A DNA stretch of 64,000 bases from Desulfobacterales bacterium (GTDB lineage Bacteria > Desulfobacterota > Desulfobacteria > Desulfobacterales > UBA5852): assembly GCA_963674755.2 (NCBI GenBank), contig CAXXVS010000003.1, positions 2,272,001 through 2,336,000 on the forward strand. The letters run 5' to 3'. A program made the translations under genes and the position numbers. Position 1 is the first letter of the stretch; every line of letters starts with the position of its first letter. The notes under the pieces were generated by a model. The model had not been told where the DNA came from and did not search any database. It saw only the letters and a program-made list of their open reading frames with translations. Positions 1-12,087 of this stretch are shown piece by piece.

Positions 1-95
1 CAAAGGGAAATTCAAAACCAAAACCTCAAAAACTGTTTTCCAGCCCCCTTCGAGGGGGCTTCCTGAGGCCTCCCGCTAAGCGGGAGGAGGCTCAT
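1..95. repeat. 3' part of an intergenic palindromic repeat family (runs off the window edge)
   Basis: 1-33 CAAAGGGAAATTCAAAACCAAAACCTCAAAAAC is identical to 5676-5708; the following hairpins are also similar. Confidence 0.85.
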
Positions 96-131
96 TCTTG
101 ACCCAAGCCCTGCCGCTATGCGGGAAGACGA

Positions 132-1637
132 TCATTGGCCCCCGGTCGACCCATGCCGGGGACCGGTCTCATCATCGGCCGGCAGCCGCTTTTCAGCCAT
201 TCGCTGCTCTTCCACGAACTGCAGCACATCTTCCGTCACGTCGCCGGTGGCGTAATCGCCGTCGAAAAAGGCCATGTGCGGTTTGGTGAAGCTCAGCTTG
301 CCCTTGCGGGTGATGGCTTCCAGCAGTCCCTCCACGTCCTGGTAGACCAGAGCGTCGGCCCCGATCTGCTTCCGGATGTCGTCTTCCGTGCGGTTGCAGG
401 CGATATATTCGTCCCGGGCCGGCAGATCGATGCCATAGAGGTCGGGCCAGCGCAGGGGCGGGGCGGCCGAGGCGAAGACCACCTGGCGGGCGCCGTTGCG
501 GCGCATCAGCCGGACGATGTGCCGGGAGACGTTGCCGCGCACGATGCTGTCATCCACCACCAGCACATTGCGGCCCCGCACCTCGAAATCGATCAGGGAG
601 AGTTTGTAGCGGTTGGCCTTCTGCCGCTCCGCCTGGCCGGGCATGATGAAGGTGCGCCCGATGAAGCGGTTTTTGACGATGGCCTCGGTATAGCGCACCC
701 CCAGTTCGTGGGCGCAGGCCAGGGCCGCCGTCACCGCACTCTGGGGGGCCGGCACCACCACATCGAAACGCATGTCCGGCAGAACCTTTTTGATTTTGGC
801 GGCCAGGTTCTGCCCCATCCGCAGCCGGGCGCGGTAGACGCTGACCCCGTTCAGAAAGGCGTCCGGCCGGGCGAAATAGATATATTCGAAAGCGCAGGGT
901 CGAAAGGTCTTCTGCTGCACGATCCGCTGCCGGACCCGTCCCTCCAGATCGACAAAGACGACTTCGCCGGGGGCCACATCCCGGTGGTAGTCGAATCCCA
1001 GAAAGTCGAACATCCCGTTTTCGGAAGCAAAGATATGGGCCTCCCCGCCGGCGGTGGTGCGGCGGCCCCAGACCAGGGGGCGGATGCCGTGGGGGTCGCG
1101 AAAGGCGATCAGCCCCTTGCCGGCAATCAGGGCCACCACCGAGTAGGCCCCCTGCACGCGCCGGTAGACACTGGCCACCGCGCGGACAATCGCATCCAGG
1201 AAATCACCTTCGCCCGGCCGGGCCAGGGACGAGGCGAATACATTCAGCAGCACCTCGGCGTCGTTGTGCGAATTGACCTGCCGAAGATCCCGGGTATACA
1301 GCTCTTCCCGGAGCTGCCAGACGTTGAACAGATTACCGTTGTGGACCAGGGCGATGCCGTAGGGGGAGTTGACCTGGAAGGGCTGCACATCCTCCGCACT
1401 GCCCCCGCCGACCGTGGCATAGCGCACGTGGCCGATGCCGAGCCGGCCTTCGAGCTTGGCCAGGTCCTGGGGCCCGAAGACTTCGCGCACATAACCCAGG
1501 CCCTTCTTCTGGTGAAAGCGATCGCTGCAGGTCACGATGCCGGCGCTGTCCTGACCGCGATGCTGCAAGGCGGTCAGGCTTTCCACCATGGCCAGGGCCA
1601 CCGGTTGATCTGAAATGAGGCCGACGATGCCGCACAT
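132..1637 (-). CDS. purF: amidophosphoribosyltransferase
   Basis: N-terminal MCGIVG (Ntn Cys), LQHRGQDSAG, GHVRY, HNGNL, PRPP motif VVDDSIVRG; RBS upstream of ATG 1637. Confidence 0.95.
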   Translation of the reverse strand: MCGIVGLISDQPVALAMVESLTALQHRGQDSAGIVTCSDRFHQKKGLGYVREVFGPQDLAKLEGRLGIGHVRYATVGGGSAEDVQPFQVNSPYGIALVHNGNLFNVWQLREELYTRDLRQVNSHNDAEVLLNVFASSLARPGEGDFLDAIVRAVASVYRRVQGAYSVVALIAGKGLIAFRDPHGIRPLVWGRRTTAGGEAHIFASENGMFDFLGFDYHRDVAPGEVVFVDLEGRVRQRIVQQKTFRPCAFEYIYFARPDAFLNGVSVYRARLRMGQNLAAKIKKVLPDMRFDVVVPAPQSAVTAALACAHELGVRYTEAIVKNRFIGRTFIMPGQAERQKANRYKLSLIDFEVRGRNVLVVDDSIVRGNVSRHIVRLMRRNGARQVVFASAAPPLRWPDLYGIDLPARDEYIACNRTEDDIRKQIGADALVYQDVEGLLEAITRKGKLSFTKPHMAFFDGDYATGDVTEDVLQFVEEQRMAEKRLPADDETGPRHGSTGGQ

Positions 1638-1762
1638 GGGGGCTCCCTTATTTTCGGTTTGCGTTTGGACGGATCCCTGATTACAAATAAAAAATTCACC
1701 CTTATGGTGGGTCGAAGCCCACCGAGTGTCAACACCATGCACCGGAACCCATTGGAGAGCAC

Positions 1763-2974
1763 GTGACCCCTCATGAACGCAACACGCTGATCACCACCTC
1801 ACTGGGCCACTTCCTGAGCCACTTCAACATGCTGGTGTTTCCGGCGATTTTAATCCCGCTGAGCACCCGGCTCCACATGCCCCTCGCAGAAGTGCTGGGC
1901 CTTTCTTTCTGGATGTATCTGCTTTTCGGGGTCACGGCCCTGCCCTGGGGGCTGGCGGCCGACCGTTTGGGGGCCAAACCGCTGATGGCGATTTACTACG
2001 CCGGGGCCGGGTGCTGCGGCCTGGCGGCAGCGGGCTGGATCGATGCCCCTCGCCTGCTGGCGCCGGCCCTGGCCGGCATCGGGTTGTTCTCCGGCATCTA
2101 TCATCCTGCCGGGCTGGGCCTGATCTCCAAGCAGGTGACCCGTATCAGCTATGCCATGGGCATCAATGGGATGTTCGGTAATCTGGGGCTGGCCACGGCG
2201 CCCCTGGTGGCCGGTGCGGTGACCTGGCTCTGGGGGCCGCAGGCGGCCTATTTTGTCCTGGGGGCGGCCAATCTGGCGGGCCTGATGGTCATGATCCTGC
2301 TGCCGCTGCCGGTGGAGGGCGGTGCGGTCGCCCGGGCGGACGATCCCAACGGCGGCCGCGGATTCGTCATTCTGCTGGTGGCCATGATGCTGGGCGGAAT
2401 CGTCTATCGGGGCGGCACGGTGATTCTGCCGGCCTATTTCGAGCTCCGCAATCCGGATGTCCTGAAATGGCTGGGAGAGCAGCTCCCGAACGGTTTTTCC
2501 GGCAACCTGGTGGCCACGCTTCTGACGTCGGCTATCTTCGTCGTGGGCATGCTCGGGCAGTATATCGGGGGGCGGGTTGCCGAGCGCTACCCGCTGGCAC
2601 CAAGCTACTTGCTCTTTCATTTGATCACCATTCCGCCGGCCTTTGCCATGGCCTGGGCCTTCGATATGCCGCTGATCCTGCTGGCTCTGGTTTACTTCTT
2701 TTTTTTGCTCGGCATGCAGCCCATCGAAAATACCCTGGTCTCGCAACTCACCCCGCCGCACTGGCGTCACGCCGCGTTCGGCATGAAGTTCGTGCTGACC
2801 TTCGGCATGGGTGCCCTGGCCGTGAAAGGCGTGCAGGCCATTGAAAGCAACTATGGAATTTCCTGGGTCTATCCGTCCCTCGGGTGTGTCTCCCTGCTTC
2901 TGGTGGCGACCATCGGTGTTCTCATCATCCGGATGAGATCCGAAGGAAGTGCGCACCATCGGTTTGCGCATTGA
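1763..2974 (+). CDS. MFS transporter
   Basis: About 12 hydrophobic segments; motif-A-like GLAADRLGAK and GRVAERYP. Confidence 0.9.
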   Translation: MTPHERNTLITTSLGHFLSHFNMLVFPAILIPLSTRLHMPLAEVLGLSFWMYLLFGVTALPWGLAADRLGAKPLMAIYYAGAGCCGLAAAGWIDAPRLLAPALAGIGLFSGIYHPAGLGLISKQVTRISYAMGINGMFGNLGLATAPLVAGAVTWLWGPQAAYFVLGAANLAGLMVMILLPLPVEGGAVARADDPNGGRGFVILLVAMMLGGIVYRGGTVILPAYFELRNPDVLKWLGEQLPNGFSGNLVATLLTSAIFVVGMLGQYIGGRVAERYPLAPSYLLFHLITIPPAFAMAWAFDMPLILLALVYFFFLLGMQPIENTLVSQLTPPHWRHAAFGMKFVLTFGMGALAVKGVQAIESNYGISWVYPSLGCVSLLLVATIGVLIIRMRSEGSAHHRFAH

Positions 2975-3262
2975 CGGTCTTCGGGCACCCGCTTTCACGA
3001 TTTCCCGAAGACGGCTGACGGCTGCGATGACGCTTTCATTTGCGGGCCAAACGGCTGTCGGGATGCCGGCAGCTGTGGTATGATGCATGTATTTGCCCGG
3101 GCGCGCGGCGGATCAAGGGGTTGGCATTCCGGGCCCCAATGGGCCGCACGGTTGCCTGGCGGAACGCATCCGGAATGATGCGGACATGACGGGAAGGCGG
3201 GACCGGCGACCTTCGAACGGCGCCCCGATCTTGCCTTCAAACGGAACCTCAGGAGACCGACG

Positions 3263-5329
3263 ATGGCAGACAGGCAGCGACCCTTTGACTCGATCTATTC
3301 CCACGGCTTCGTCCGGGCCGCCGTGGCGGTGCCCTCCCTGCGGGTGGCGGACTGCCGCTACAATGTCGAACGCCTGCTGGCCCTGGCGAAAAAAGCGTCC
3401 CGGGACCATGCGGTCCTGGTCGTGTTCCCCGAACTGGGGCTTTCGGCCTATTCCAACGAAGACCTCTTCCAGCAGGAGGCCCTGCTGGATGCCACCCTTG
3501 CGGGCTTGGCCCAAGTCAAGGCGGCCTCCCGTGAGCTTGCGCCCCTTCTTCTGGTGGGCGCGCCCCTGCGTCTGGAGGGCAAACTGTTCAACTGCGCCGT
3601 GGTGCTCTACCAGGGCCGGATTCTGGGGGTCGTCCCCAAGAGCTATCTGCCCAATTACCGCGAGTTTTACGAGATGCGGCAGTTCGTCGCTGCCCGGCAG
3701 GCGCTTCACAGGGAGGTGAACTTGCTGGGGGAGACGGTGCCTTTCGGCAACGATCTGATTTTCGAGGCGCTCAACTTGCCGGGCTTCGCCCTCCATGCGG
3801 AGATCTGCGAAGACATCTGGGTGCCCATTCCACCCAGCACCTATGCCGCGCTGGCCGGCGCCACGGTGCTGGCCAACCTGTCGGCCAGCAACATCACCGT
3901 GGGCAAGACCGACTACCGCCGCCTGCTGTGCGCCTCCCAGTCCGCCAAATGCCTGGCGGCCTATCTCTATTCCGCGGCCGGCTTCGGCGAGTCCACCACC
4001 GATATGGCCTGGGACGGCTATGCGGTCATCTATGAGAACAGCGAACGTCTGGCCGAATCCGAGCGCTTCCGACAGGCGGAGCAGCTCATCATGGCGGACA
4101 TCGATCTGGACCGCCTGGTGCAGGACCGCATGCGCACCACCAGCTTCAACGACGCAGCCGCCGACCACCGTCAGCAGGTTGCGGCCGTGCGCCGCATCCC
4201 GTTTGCTTTCGATATCCCCCGGGAGGTAATCCCGCTCCGGCGCGAAGTGCCACGCTTCCCCTATGTCCCCCGGGACCCCTCCGTGCTGGATGAGCGCTGC
4301 TTCGAGATTTACAACATCCAGGTCCAGAGTCTGATCCAACGGCTGAAGGCCTCCGGCATCGAAAACATGGTCATCGGTGTCTCGGGCGGTCTCGACTCGA
4401 CCCAGGCCCTGCTTGTGGCGGCCAAGGCGGCCGATGAATTGGGATGGCCCCGGGAGCGTATCTACGCCACCACCATGCCGGGATTTGCCACCAGTTCCTC
4501 CACCTTGCGCAATGCCCACCGTCTGATGGCCGCCCTGGGGGTCCGGGCCAGTGAAATCGACATCAGGCCCTCCTGCCGGCAGATGTTCCAGGATATCGGA
4601 CACCCCTATGCCCAGGGGGAGCAGGTCTACGACATCGCCTTCGAGAATGTCCAGGCCGGGGAGCGCACTTCCCATCTCTTCCGGCTGGCCAACCACCATC
4701 GGGCCCTTGTTTTGGGGACCGGCGACCTCAGCGAACTGGCCCTGGGCTGGATGACCTACGGGGTGGGCGATCACATGTCCCACTACAACGTCAACGCCTC
4801 GGTTCCCAAGACCCTGATCCAGCACCTCATCCGCTGGGTTTCCACGACCGGCCAGTTTTCCGAAGCGACCAACGACGTCCTGCAAGCCATCCTGGCCACG
4901 GCCATCTCCCCCGAACTCGTGCCGGACGCGGCCGGTCCCGGCGAAGAACCCGCCCAGCGCACGGAAGACGTCATCGGCCCCTATGAGCTGCATGACTTCT
5001 ACCTGTACTATGTGCTGCGCTTCGGCTACCGGCCGCGCAAGGTGGCCTTTCTGGCCCGGGCTGCCTGGGAAGACAAGACCCGCGGCTCCTGGCCGGGCAC
5101 CCTGCCGGCGGCGCAGCGCCACGCCTATTCCCTGGCCGTCATCAAGAAATGGCTGGCCGTCTTTCTGGACCGCTTCTTCCGCACCAGCCAGTTCAAACGT
5201 TCGGCCCTGCCCAACGGCCCCAAGGTGGGATCGGGGGGCTCCCTTTCCCCCCGCAGCGACTGGCGCGCCCCGAGCGATGCCGAAGCCGCGGTCTGGTTGG
5301 ACGATCTTGCCGAAAACGTTCCTGATTGA
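3263..5329 (+). CDS. nadE: glutamine-dependent NAD+ synthetase
   Basis: Nitrilase domain ([24 protein letters not shown]) plus synthetase SGGLDST, GTGDLSE, SQFKRS, SPRSDW. Confidence 0.96.
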   Translation: MADRQRPFDSIYSHGFVRAAVAVPSLRVADCRYNVERLLALAKKASRDHAVLVVFPELGLSAYSNEDLFQQEALLDATLAGLAQVKAASRELAPLLLVGAPLRLEGKLFNCAVVLYQGRILGVVPKSYLPNYREFYEMRQFVAARQALHREVNLLGETVPFGNDLIFEALNLPGFALHAEICEDIWVPIPPSTYAALAGATVLANLSASNITVGKTDYRRLLCASQSAKCLAAYLYSAAGFGESTTDMAWDGYAVIYENSERLAESERFRQAEQLIMADIDLDRLVQDRMRTTSFNDAAADHRQQVAAVRRIPFAFDIPREVIPLRREVPRFPYVPRDPSVLDERCFEIYNIQVQSLIQRLKASGIENMVIGVSGGLDSTQALLVAAKAADELGWPRERIYATTMPGFATSSSTLRNAHRLMAALGVRASEIDIRPSCRQMFQDIGHPYAQGEQVYDIAFENVQAGERTSHLFRLANHHRALVLGTGDLSELALGWMTYGVGDHMSHYNVNASVPKTLIQHLIRWVSTTGQFSEATNDVLQAILATAISPELVPDAAGPGEEPAQRTEDVIGPYELHDFYLYYVLRFGYRPRKVAFLARAAWEDKTRGSWPGTLPAAQRHAYSLAVIKKWLAVFLDRFFRTSQFKRSALPNGPKVGSGGSLSPRSDWRAPSDAEAAVWLDDLAENVPD

Positions 5330-5430
5330 CACCTTCTTCCGCCAGCCGTGCCAGGCGTTGAAGGACATCTTCCCGAAGATCTTCCTGGTAGCTCGCGGCA
5401 TCCTCTGTGCGTAATGGTTCACGTATGGAC

Positions 5431-5770
5431 TTAGTTTCGATCTGAGCCCTCCATCTTAGGTGGAGGATCCGGAGAGGTTTTACCGATCCGGGGTGCCTTT
5501 ACATCAATTGGATCCTTCCTTTTCTTTCCCGTGAAAGAAAAGGAAGCTAAAAGAAAGCGCCCGTGTCCCGCTTAACCCTGCGCGTCGTCGAGACGGCCGG
5601 AGCGCGCGGAAACTCGCTTCGCTCAGACAGTCCGCGCGCTTTTATCCGGCCGCATCGCCGATGCTCGGCGCGGGACAAAGGGAAATTCAAAACCAAAACC
5701 TCAAAAACCGTCTTCAGGCCTTCTTCGAGGGGGCCTCCTAAGGCCTCCCGGTTTGCGGAAGGAGCCTCGC
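5431..5770. repeat. most complete copy of a multi-hairpin intergenic repeat (MITE/REP-like)
   Basis: Internal inverted repeats (TCCTTTTCTTT...AAAGAAAAGGA; GCGCGCGGA...TCCGCGCGC); 5' part matches 20736-20845 and 3' part matches 1-95. Confidence 0.8.
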
Positions 5771-5790
5771 GGGATAGGACCGTGATGACG

Positions 5791-6648
5791 CTAGGGCGTG
5801 GGGGCCTTGGGCTTGCGGCCGCTTTTGGTCTTGCGGCCGATGAGGTAGCTCATTGAGACGAACAGCAGGGAGATGGCCAGCATGACGGTGGAGAGCGCAT
5901 TGACCTCCGGGGTGACCCCCATGCGCACCATGCCGTAGATGTAGAGGGGCAGCGTGGTGGAGCCGGCCGGTGCCACCATCAGGGTGATGATGAAGTCGTC
6001 GATGGAGATAATGAAGGACAGCATGGCGCCGGAGATGATGCCCGGCATGAGCAGGGGCAGGGTGATGTGGCGGAAGGTGCGCCACTCGTCGGCGTAGAGA
6101 TCATGGGCGGCCTGCTCGAGGGTGGTGCCCATCCCTTGGAGGCGGGCCCGGATGGGCAGGAAGGCGAAGGGGATGCAGAACACCGTGTGGGCCAGGACCA
6201 CCCGGCCCAGACCGATCTCCAGATGCAGGGCGGTGAAAAAGGACAGGGTCGCTACGGCGGTGACGATTTCCGGCATGGTCATGGGCAGCATCAGGATGCC
6301 GTAGGATACTCCCCGCCCCCGGAAGCGCCCGCCGCGGGCCAGCACCAGGGCGGCAAACACCGCTACCACGGTGCCTACGGCCGTGGCGCTGAAGGCCACG
6401 ATCAGGCTGTTGATCGCGGCCCGCTGCACATCGTCATTGGCAAAGGCCTTGAGGTACCACTCCAGGCTGAAACCATGCCAGATCGTGGCCGAGCGGCTGG
6501 AATTGAAAGAGAAGATGATCAGGAGCACGATAGGGACATACAGGTAGAGGAGAAACAGCCAGGAAGTGGTGGCGAAGCCGGGAAACCGCCCGATGGCGAA
6601 GCGTTTTTCGCCGTTGCCCTTGTCGGTCCTGGTCATGACGGCCCCCAT
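5791..6648 (-). CDS. potC: polyamine ABC transporter permease (PotC/PotI type)
   Basis: FLYLYVPI..FSFN, EAA loop LEQAAHDLYA, SIDDF, TTLPLYIY, PEVNA. Confidence 0.88.
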   Translation of the reverse strand: MGAVMTRTDKGNGEKRFAIGRFPGFATTSWLFLLYLYVPIVLLIIFSFNSSRSATIWHGFSLEWYLKAFANDDVQRAAINSLIVAFSATAVGTVVAVFAALVLARGGRFRGRGVSYGILMLPMTMPEIVTAVATLSFFTALHLEIGLGRVVLAHTVFCIPFAFLPIRARLQGMGTTLEQAAHDLYADEWRTFRHITLPLLMPGIISGAMLSFIISIDDFIITLMVAPAGSTTLPLYIYGMVRMGVTPEVNALSTVMLAISLLFVSMSYLIGRKTKSGRKPKAPTP

Positions 6649-7546
6649 CAGCTTTCCCCCTCCAGTCTCATTTTGCGCCCCGGCCCCCAGACATAGACCA
6701 TCATGGCCAGCAGAACGATGGCCATCAGAATCAGGGCCACGGCCGAGCCGAAAGGCCAGTTGCGGGAACCGCCGAATTGCAGCTGGATCAGGCTGCCGAT
6801 CATGAGGTGCTTGCCGCCCCCCAGCAGATTGGGAATGATGAAGTCGCCCAGGCAGGGCACGAACACCAGCAGGCTGCCGGCAATGACGCCCGGCATGGCC
6901 AGGGGCAGGATCACGTGGCGCATGAGCTGCCGGCGGCTGGCGTAGAGATCGTGAGCCGCCTCGAAGAGGCTGAAGTCCAGCTTTTCCACCCGGGCGTAGA
7001 TGGGCAGGACCATGAAGGGGATGTGGGTGTAGACCAGCCCCAGGAAGATGGCGAAATTGGTGTAGAGCATCGTCAGGGGTTCGTGGATGAGCCCGATCTT
7101 GATCAGGAAGTTGTTGATCAGGCCGGTGTCCCGCAGGAGTAGAATCCAGCAGTAGGCCCGGATCAGGAGATTGGTCCAGAAGGGGATCGTCACCAGGAAG
7201 ACCATCAGGTTCTTGCGGCGGGGCGGCTGGCGGGACATGTAGTAAGCCGTGGGAAAGCCGATCAGCAGGCAGAGCACCGTGGTCACCAGGGCCAGGACAA
7301 AGGAGCGCCCGAAGATACGCAGATAGGCTGAGTTGAAGACCAGCTTGTCCATCAGGTTCCGTTCGAACAGGAACTGGATATAGGCTTCCAATGAGAACTG
7401 GGGCGTGACGCCGCCGTAGGGGTTGGCCTTCATGAAGGAGAAGACGATGATGATGGCGATGGGCACCACCATGAAAATGCCGATGATGCCCAGGGCCGGA
7501 GCCAGGCCCAGGGCCCGTCGCGTGGAGGCGTTTTGCAGGATGCGCA

Positions 7547-7547
<1 letters not shown>
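6648..7547 (-). CDS. potB: polyamine ABC transporter permease (PotB/PotH type)
   Basis: IPFWTNLLIRAY, PFMVLPIY, EAAHDLYA, RNWPFGSA. Confidence 0.88.
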
Positions 7548-8644
<1,097 letters not shown>

Positions 8645-8777
8645 GGCGAGGATGCTCCCTGTGAACAAAAAAACCGGGCGCAGGCAAACGTCGCGCCTCT
8701 ATAGCAAATAATCGAGCGTTTCGGCAATCGGATTTCGGTAACTTCCGTCTGCCGGCCCGATCGGGCGTGGACCGCGC

Positions 8778-10052
8778 TCAGCACAACCGGTCCTTGAGGC
8801 TGAACCAGCGGTAGACCAGCGGCAGAAACCACGGGCGCCCCTCGTAAAACGGGATGGCCCGGAATTTCAGGCCGGCAAAGGCGCTATGGCCCGCAACGGT
8901 TCCCTGGATCAGGCCGGCCAGCTTTTCCCCCAGGTGGGTGGCCAGGGCCACCCCGTGGCCGCAGTAGCCGCCCGCGAAATAGACGCCGTCTTTTTGCCCC
9001 AGGTGCGGCAGGTGGTCCACCGTAAACCCCAGCTTGCCCCACCAGGCGTAGTCCACCGCTGTGGACCGCAGCTGGGGGAAGATGGCCATCATGTTGTCCC
9101 GCATGTGGCGGGCGTTTTCCGCTATGGACCGGTCCGTGAAGGGGGGGCGCCCGCCGAACAGGATCCGGCGGCCGTCCGGCGAGGGCCGGAAATAGTAGAG
9201 AAAGGTCTTGGTGTCCGCGATCATCCGTCCTTTGGGGATCAGGGCCCTGACACGCTCGGGGGGCAGCGGCGCCGTGGCGATCATCAGGCTGCGGGCCGGC
9301 ACGATCCGGCGGCGTATCCAGGGCGTCAGGGCGCCGGTGTAACCGTTGGTGGCCGCGATCACCTTCTCCGCCCGGATCAGGCCGCCGTCGGTTGTCACCG
9401 CCAGGCGGCCGGGCCTGCCCGTGATGCCGAGAGCCGTGACCTTTTCATGCAGGCCCACGCCCGCCTCCCGGGCCATCCGGATCAGCCCGGCGATGTAGCG
9501 GGCCGGCTGAATCCCGGCGTCATTCTTTTCGAGCAAGGCCCCGTGGTAGACCGGCGAGTCGACTTCTTCCCGGATTCGTTCGGCCGGTACCCATTCGGCG
9601 GTATGCCCGATCCGCTCGGCCATGAATGCCCGGGACCGCTTAAGGGCCTCGGCATGGCGGGGTTTGAAGGCCGCATAGAGAAACCCGCTGCGCCGGAAAG
9701 CGCAGTCGATGCCGCCCTCCTGGACCAGGTGTTCCACGGCATCCACGGCGGCCACGGATTCCCGGTAGAGCCGGCGGGCCGCATCAAGGCCGTAGCGTTT
9801 GGCCACCACCGTCAGTTCGGCGCTGAGGCCGCTTAAAACCATGCCCCCGTTGCGGGCGCTGGCGCCGGTGCCCAGCGGTTTGGCATCGATTACCGCGACC
9901 TCATGGCCTGCCTGGCGCAGCCGTATGGCGGCGGTGGTGCCGGTGCAGCCGCTGCCCACCACGAGAATTTCGGTTCGCTCGGGCGGCGGGTCCGGGAAGG
10001 CCGGCAGCAGGCCGTCATCCCACCAATAGTTGGTTTCCCTGATCGCGTTCAT
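8778..10052 (-). CDS. FAD-dependent oxidoreductase, DAO/PuuB (gamma-glutamylputrescine oxidase)-like
   Basis: VVGSGCTG dinucleotide motif, GASARNGG, ATNGY, GYCGHGV; start taken at MNAIRE. Confidence 0.85.
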   Translation of the reverse strand: MNAIRETNYWWDDGLLPAFPDPPPERTEILVVGSGCTGTTAAIRLRQAGHEVAVIDAKPLGTGASARNGGMVLSGLSAELTVVAKRYGLDAARRLYRESVAAVDAVEHLVQEGGIDCAFRRSGFLYAAFKPRHAEALKRSRAFMAERIGHTAEWVPAERIREEVDSPVYHGALLEKNDAGIQPARYIAGLIRMAREAGVGLHEKVTALGITGRPGRLAVTTDGGLIRAEKVIAATNGYTGALTPWIRRRIVPARSLMIATAPLPPERVRALIPKGRMIADTKTFLYYFRPSPDGRRILFGGRPPFTDRSIAENARHMRDNMMAIFPQLRSTAVDYAWWGKLGFTVDHLPHLGQKDGVYFAGGYCGHGVALATHLGEKLAGLIQGTVAGHSAFAGLKFRAIPFYEGRPWFLPLVYRWFSLKDRLC

Positions 10053-10059
10053 GGCCGCG

Positions 10060-11850
10060 CTATTCCGGCAGGGGCGGACGGACGCCCTTGGGCAGCGTGC
10101 CGTCGTCCTCGAAGACGATACGCCCCTCGAAGATGGTTGTCGCCACCCGGGCTTGGGGGATGTCCTCGATGGGAATTTCGTAGAGGTTGCGGTCGATGAC
10201 AACGAGATCGGCCAGTTTGCCCACCGTTATGGAGCCCAGCTCCGTTTCGAGAAAGTTGGTATAGGCGCCGCCCAGGGTGTAGGCCTTGAGCGCCTCTTCC
10301 AGATCGAGGCGTTCCTCTTCCGGCGGCAGGACGCCCATGTCCCCGTAGGACAGCTCGGTGCCCGGTTCGGGAACATAGCGGTAGGCGGGGTTGCGCCCGT
10401 AGTGGCGATCGAAAATGCGGCGGGGGATCCGGCGGGTCACGGCACTGTACAGGGCCCGCATGGAATCCGGCGGCACCACCGAGAAGTCGGAATGAAAGGC
10501 CAGGTTTACGCCATGGGCGAGAAAGCTTTGCTGGGGGTACTGCTGCTGGAAAGCCCGCTCCCGGCCCAGGTAGTCCACATAGAATTCCCAGAAGTAGTCG
10601 TCGATGACGGGCCAGTAGGGGGCGATGAGGGCCGTGACGCCCATGGCGGCCATGCGGGGCTTATCCTCCGGGGCCACCAGCTGCAGGTGGGCCAGGACCG
10701 GCCGCCGGTCACGGAGGGGGGCGCCGGTGTCGCGCTGCAGGGCTTCCAGCACGTCGAGCACGTAATGCACGGCGCCGTCGCCGATGGCGTGGACGTGTAC
10801 CTGGCCCCCGGCCCGGTGCACGCGGTCGAAGGCGTCTTGTAAGGCCGCCTCGTCCCAGTCCTTCAGGCCGCGCCAGTTATCGTCACGATGGGCGTAGGGC
10901 GCCAGCAGGTAGCCGGTTTCCTCCTCGATCACCTCGTCGGCGAAGAACTTGAAGACATCGGTTTTGAAATGGGGGGTGTCGAACTGGCGGGACAATTCCA
11001 GGGCGCGGGCGATGTCCGCCCGAAAATCCCTTTCGGGCATGATGCGCCAGGCGCCCCGGTAGCGGACGGTCAGCCGGCCTTCCTGGGCCAGTTCGTGATA
11101 GGCCCGGGCCACTTCCGGTTCGTCCAATTCCAGGATGGCATCCAGGGCGGTGGTGATCCCTTCGCGGTTGAGCCATTGCTGCAGCCAGAGCAGCGCGGCC
11201 TTGACCTGTTCCTTGGTGGGGCGGGGAATATGGGGCCGCACCAGGTTCATGGCCGCTTCCTGGAGCAGGCCGGCGGGCTCCCCGGTGGCCGGATCCCGCT
11301 TGATGACCCCGTTGGGCGGATCGGGGGTCTGGGCCGTGATGCCGGCCACGGCCAGCGCCCGGCTGTTGACCCATAGGGAGTGGCCGTCTTTAGAGAGAAT
11401 CGAGATGGGCCGTTTGGCGTCAATAGTGTCGAGCCATTCCTTGCGGGGGCCGATGCCGTCGAACGCCGCCCGGCGGAAGCCGGCGCCCTGAATCCAGGGC
11501 GTATCCGGATGGGCCTGGACGTAGCGGGCAGCCGCGTCCAGGTAGGCCTTTTTCTGGTCGTCTTCGTTGACGTCGAACAGGCTCAGACAGAAGACGTGCC
11601 GCCAGGCGCCGTGCACCGGATGCATGTGGGCGTCCACGAAGGCCGGCAGCACCATTTGGCCGTCCAGATCGATGGTTCGGGTGCGAGGCCCGATGAAGGC
11701 GGCCGCCCCCTGATCGTCACCCACGTAGACGATGCGCCGGCCGCGCACGGCCACGGCCGCGGCGCGGGAATGCGGGATTTCCTGGGTGAAGACGTTTCCG
11801 TTCGTCAGCACCAGGTCGGCGAACGCGGCGGTGGAAGTTTGGGTCGACAT
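10060..11850 (-). CDS. amidohydrolase family 3 (YtcJ-like) metal-dependent hydrolase
   Basis: PAFVDAHMH, DGHSLWVNS, HAIGDGA, GSITVGKLADLVV. Confidence 0.9.
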   Translation of the reverse strand: MSTQTSTAAFADLVLTNGNVFTQEIPHSRAAAVAVRGRRIVYVGDDQGAAAFIGPRTRTIDLDGQMVLPAFVDAHMHPVHGAWRHVFCLSLFDVNEDDQKKAYLDAAARYVQAHPDTPWIQGAGFRRAAFDGIGPRKEWLDTIDAKRPISILSKDGHSLWVNSRALAVAGITAQTPDPPNGVIKRDPATGEPAGLLQEAAMNLVRPHIPRPTKEQVKAALLWLQQWLNREGITTALDAILELDEPEVARAYHELAQEGRLTVRYRGAWRIMPERDFRADIARALELSRQFDTPHFKTDVFKFFADEVIEEETGYLLAPYAHRDDNWRGLKDWDEAALQDAFDRVHRAGGQVHVHAIGDGAVHYVLDVLEALQRDTGAPLRDRRPVLAHLQLVAPEDKPRMAAMGVTALIAPYWPVIDDYFWEFYVDYLGRERAFQQQYPQQSFLAHGVNLAFHSDFSVVPPDSMRALYSAVTRRIPRRIFDRHYGRNPAYRYVPEPGTELSYGDMGVLPPEEERLDLEEALKAYTLGGAYTNFLETELGSITVGKLADLVVIDRNLYEIPIEDIPQARVATTIFEGRIVFEDDGTLPKGVRPPLPE

Positions 11851-12087
11851 AGCGCTTATCCTTGAATCCGTAGCCCCGGGGACGAAAACCCGTCGGCCAG
11901 GGCAAAACGTGGGGGATACCCGGCATCGGGCATCCCCCAATGGTGAAGATTTCCCGCTTTGCGGGACTTTCCGTTCTATCGAGCCCCCGGGGTGGGCGTG
12001 CGCCGCAGAGATACATCGGTATCTTGAAAACGCAAACCGTGCGCCCAACGCCGATGCAGGGCCCAAAAGACTATTTTGAGAAGTGTT

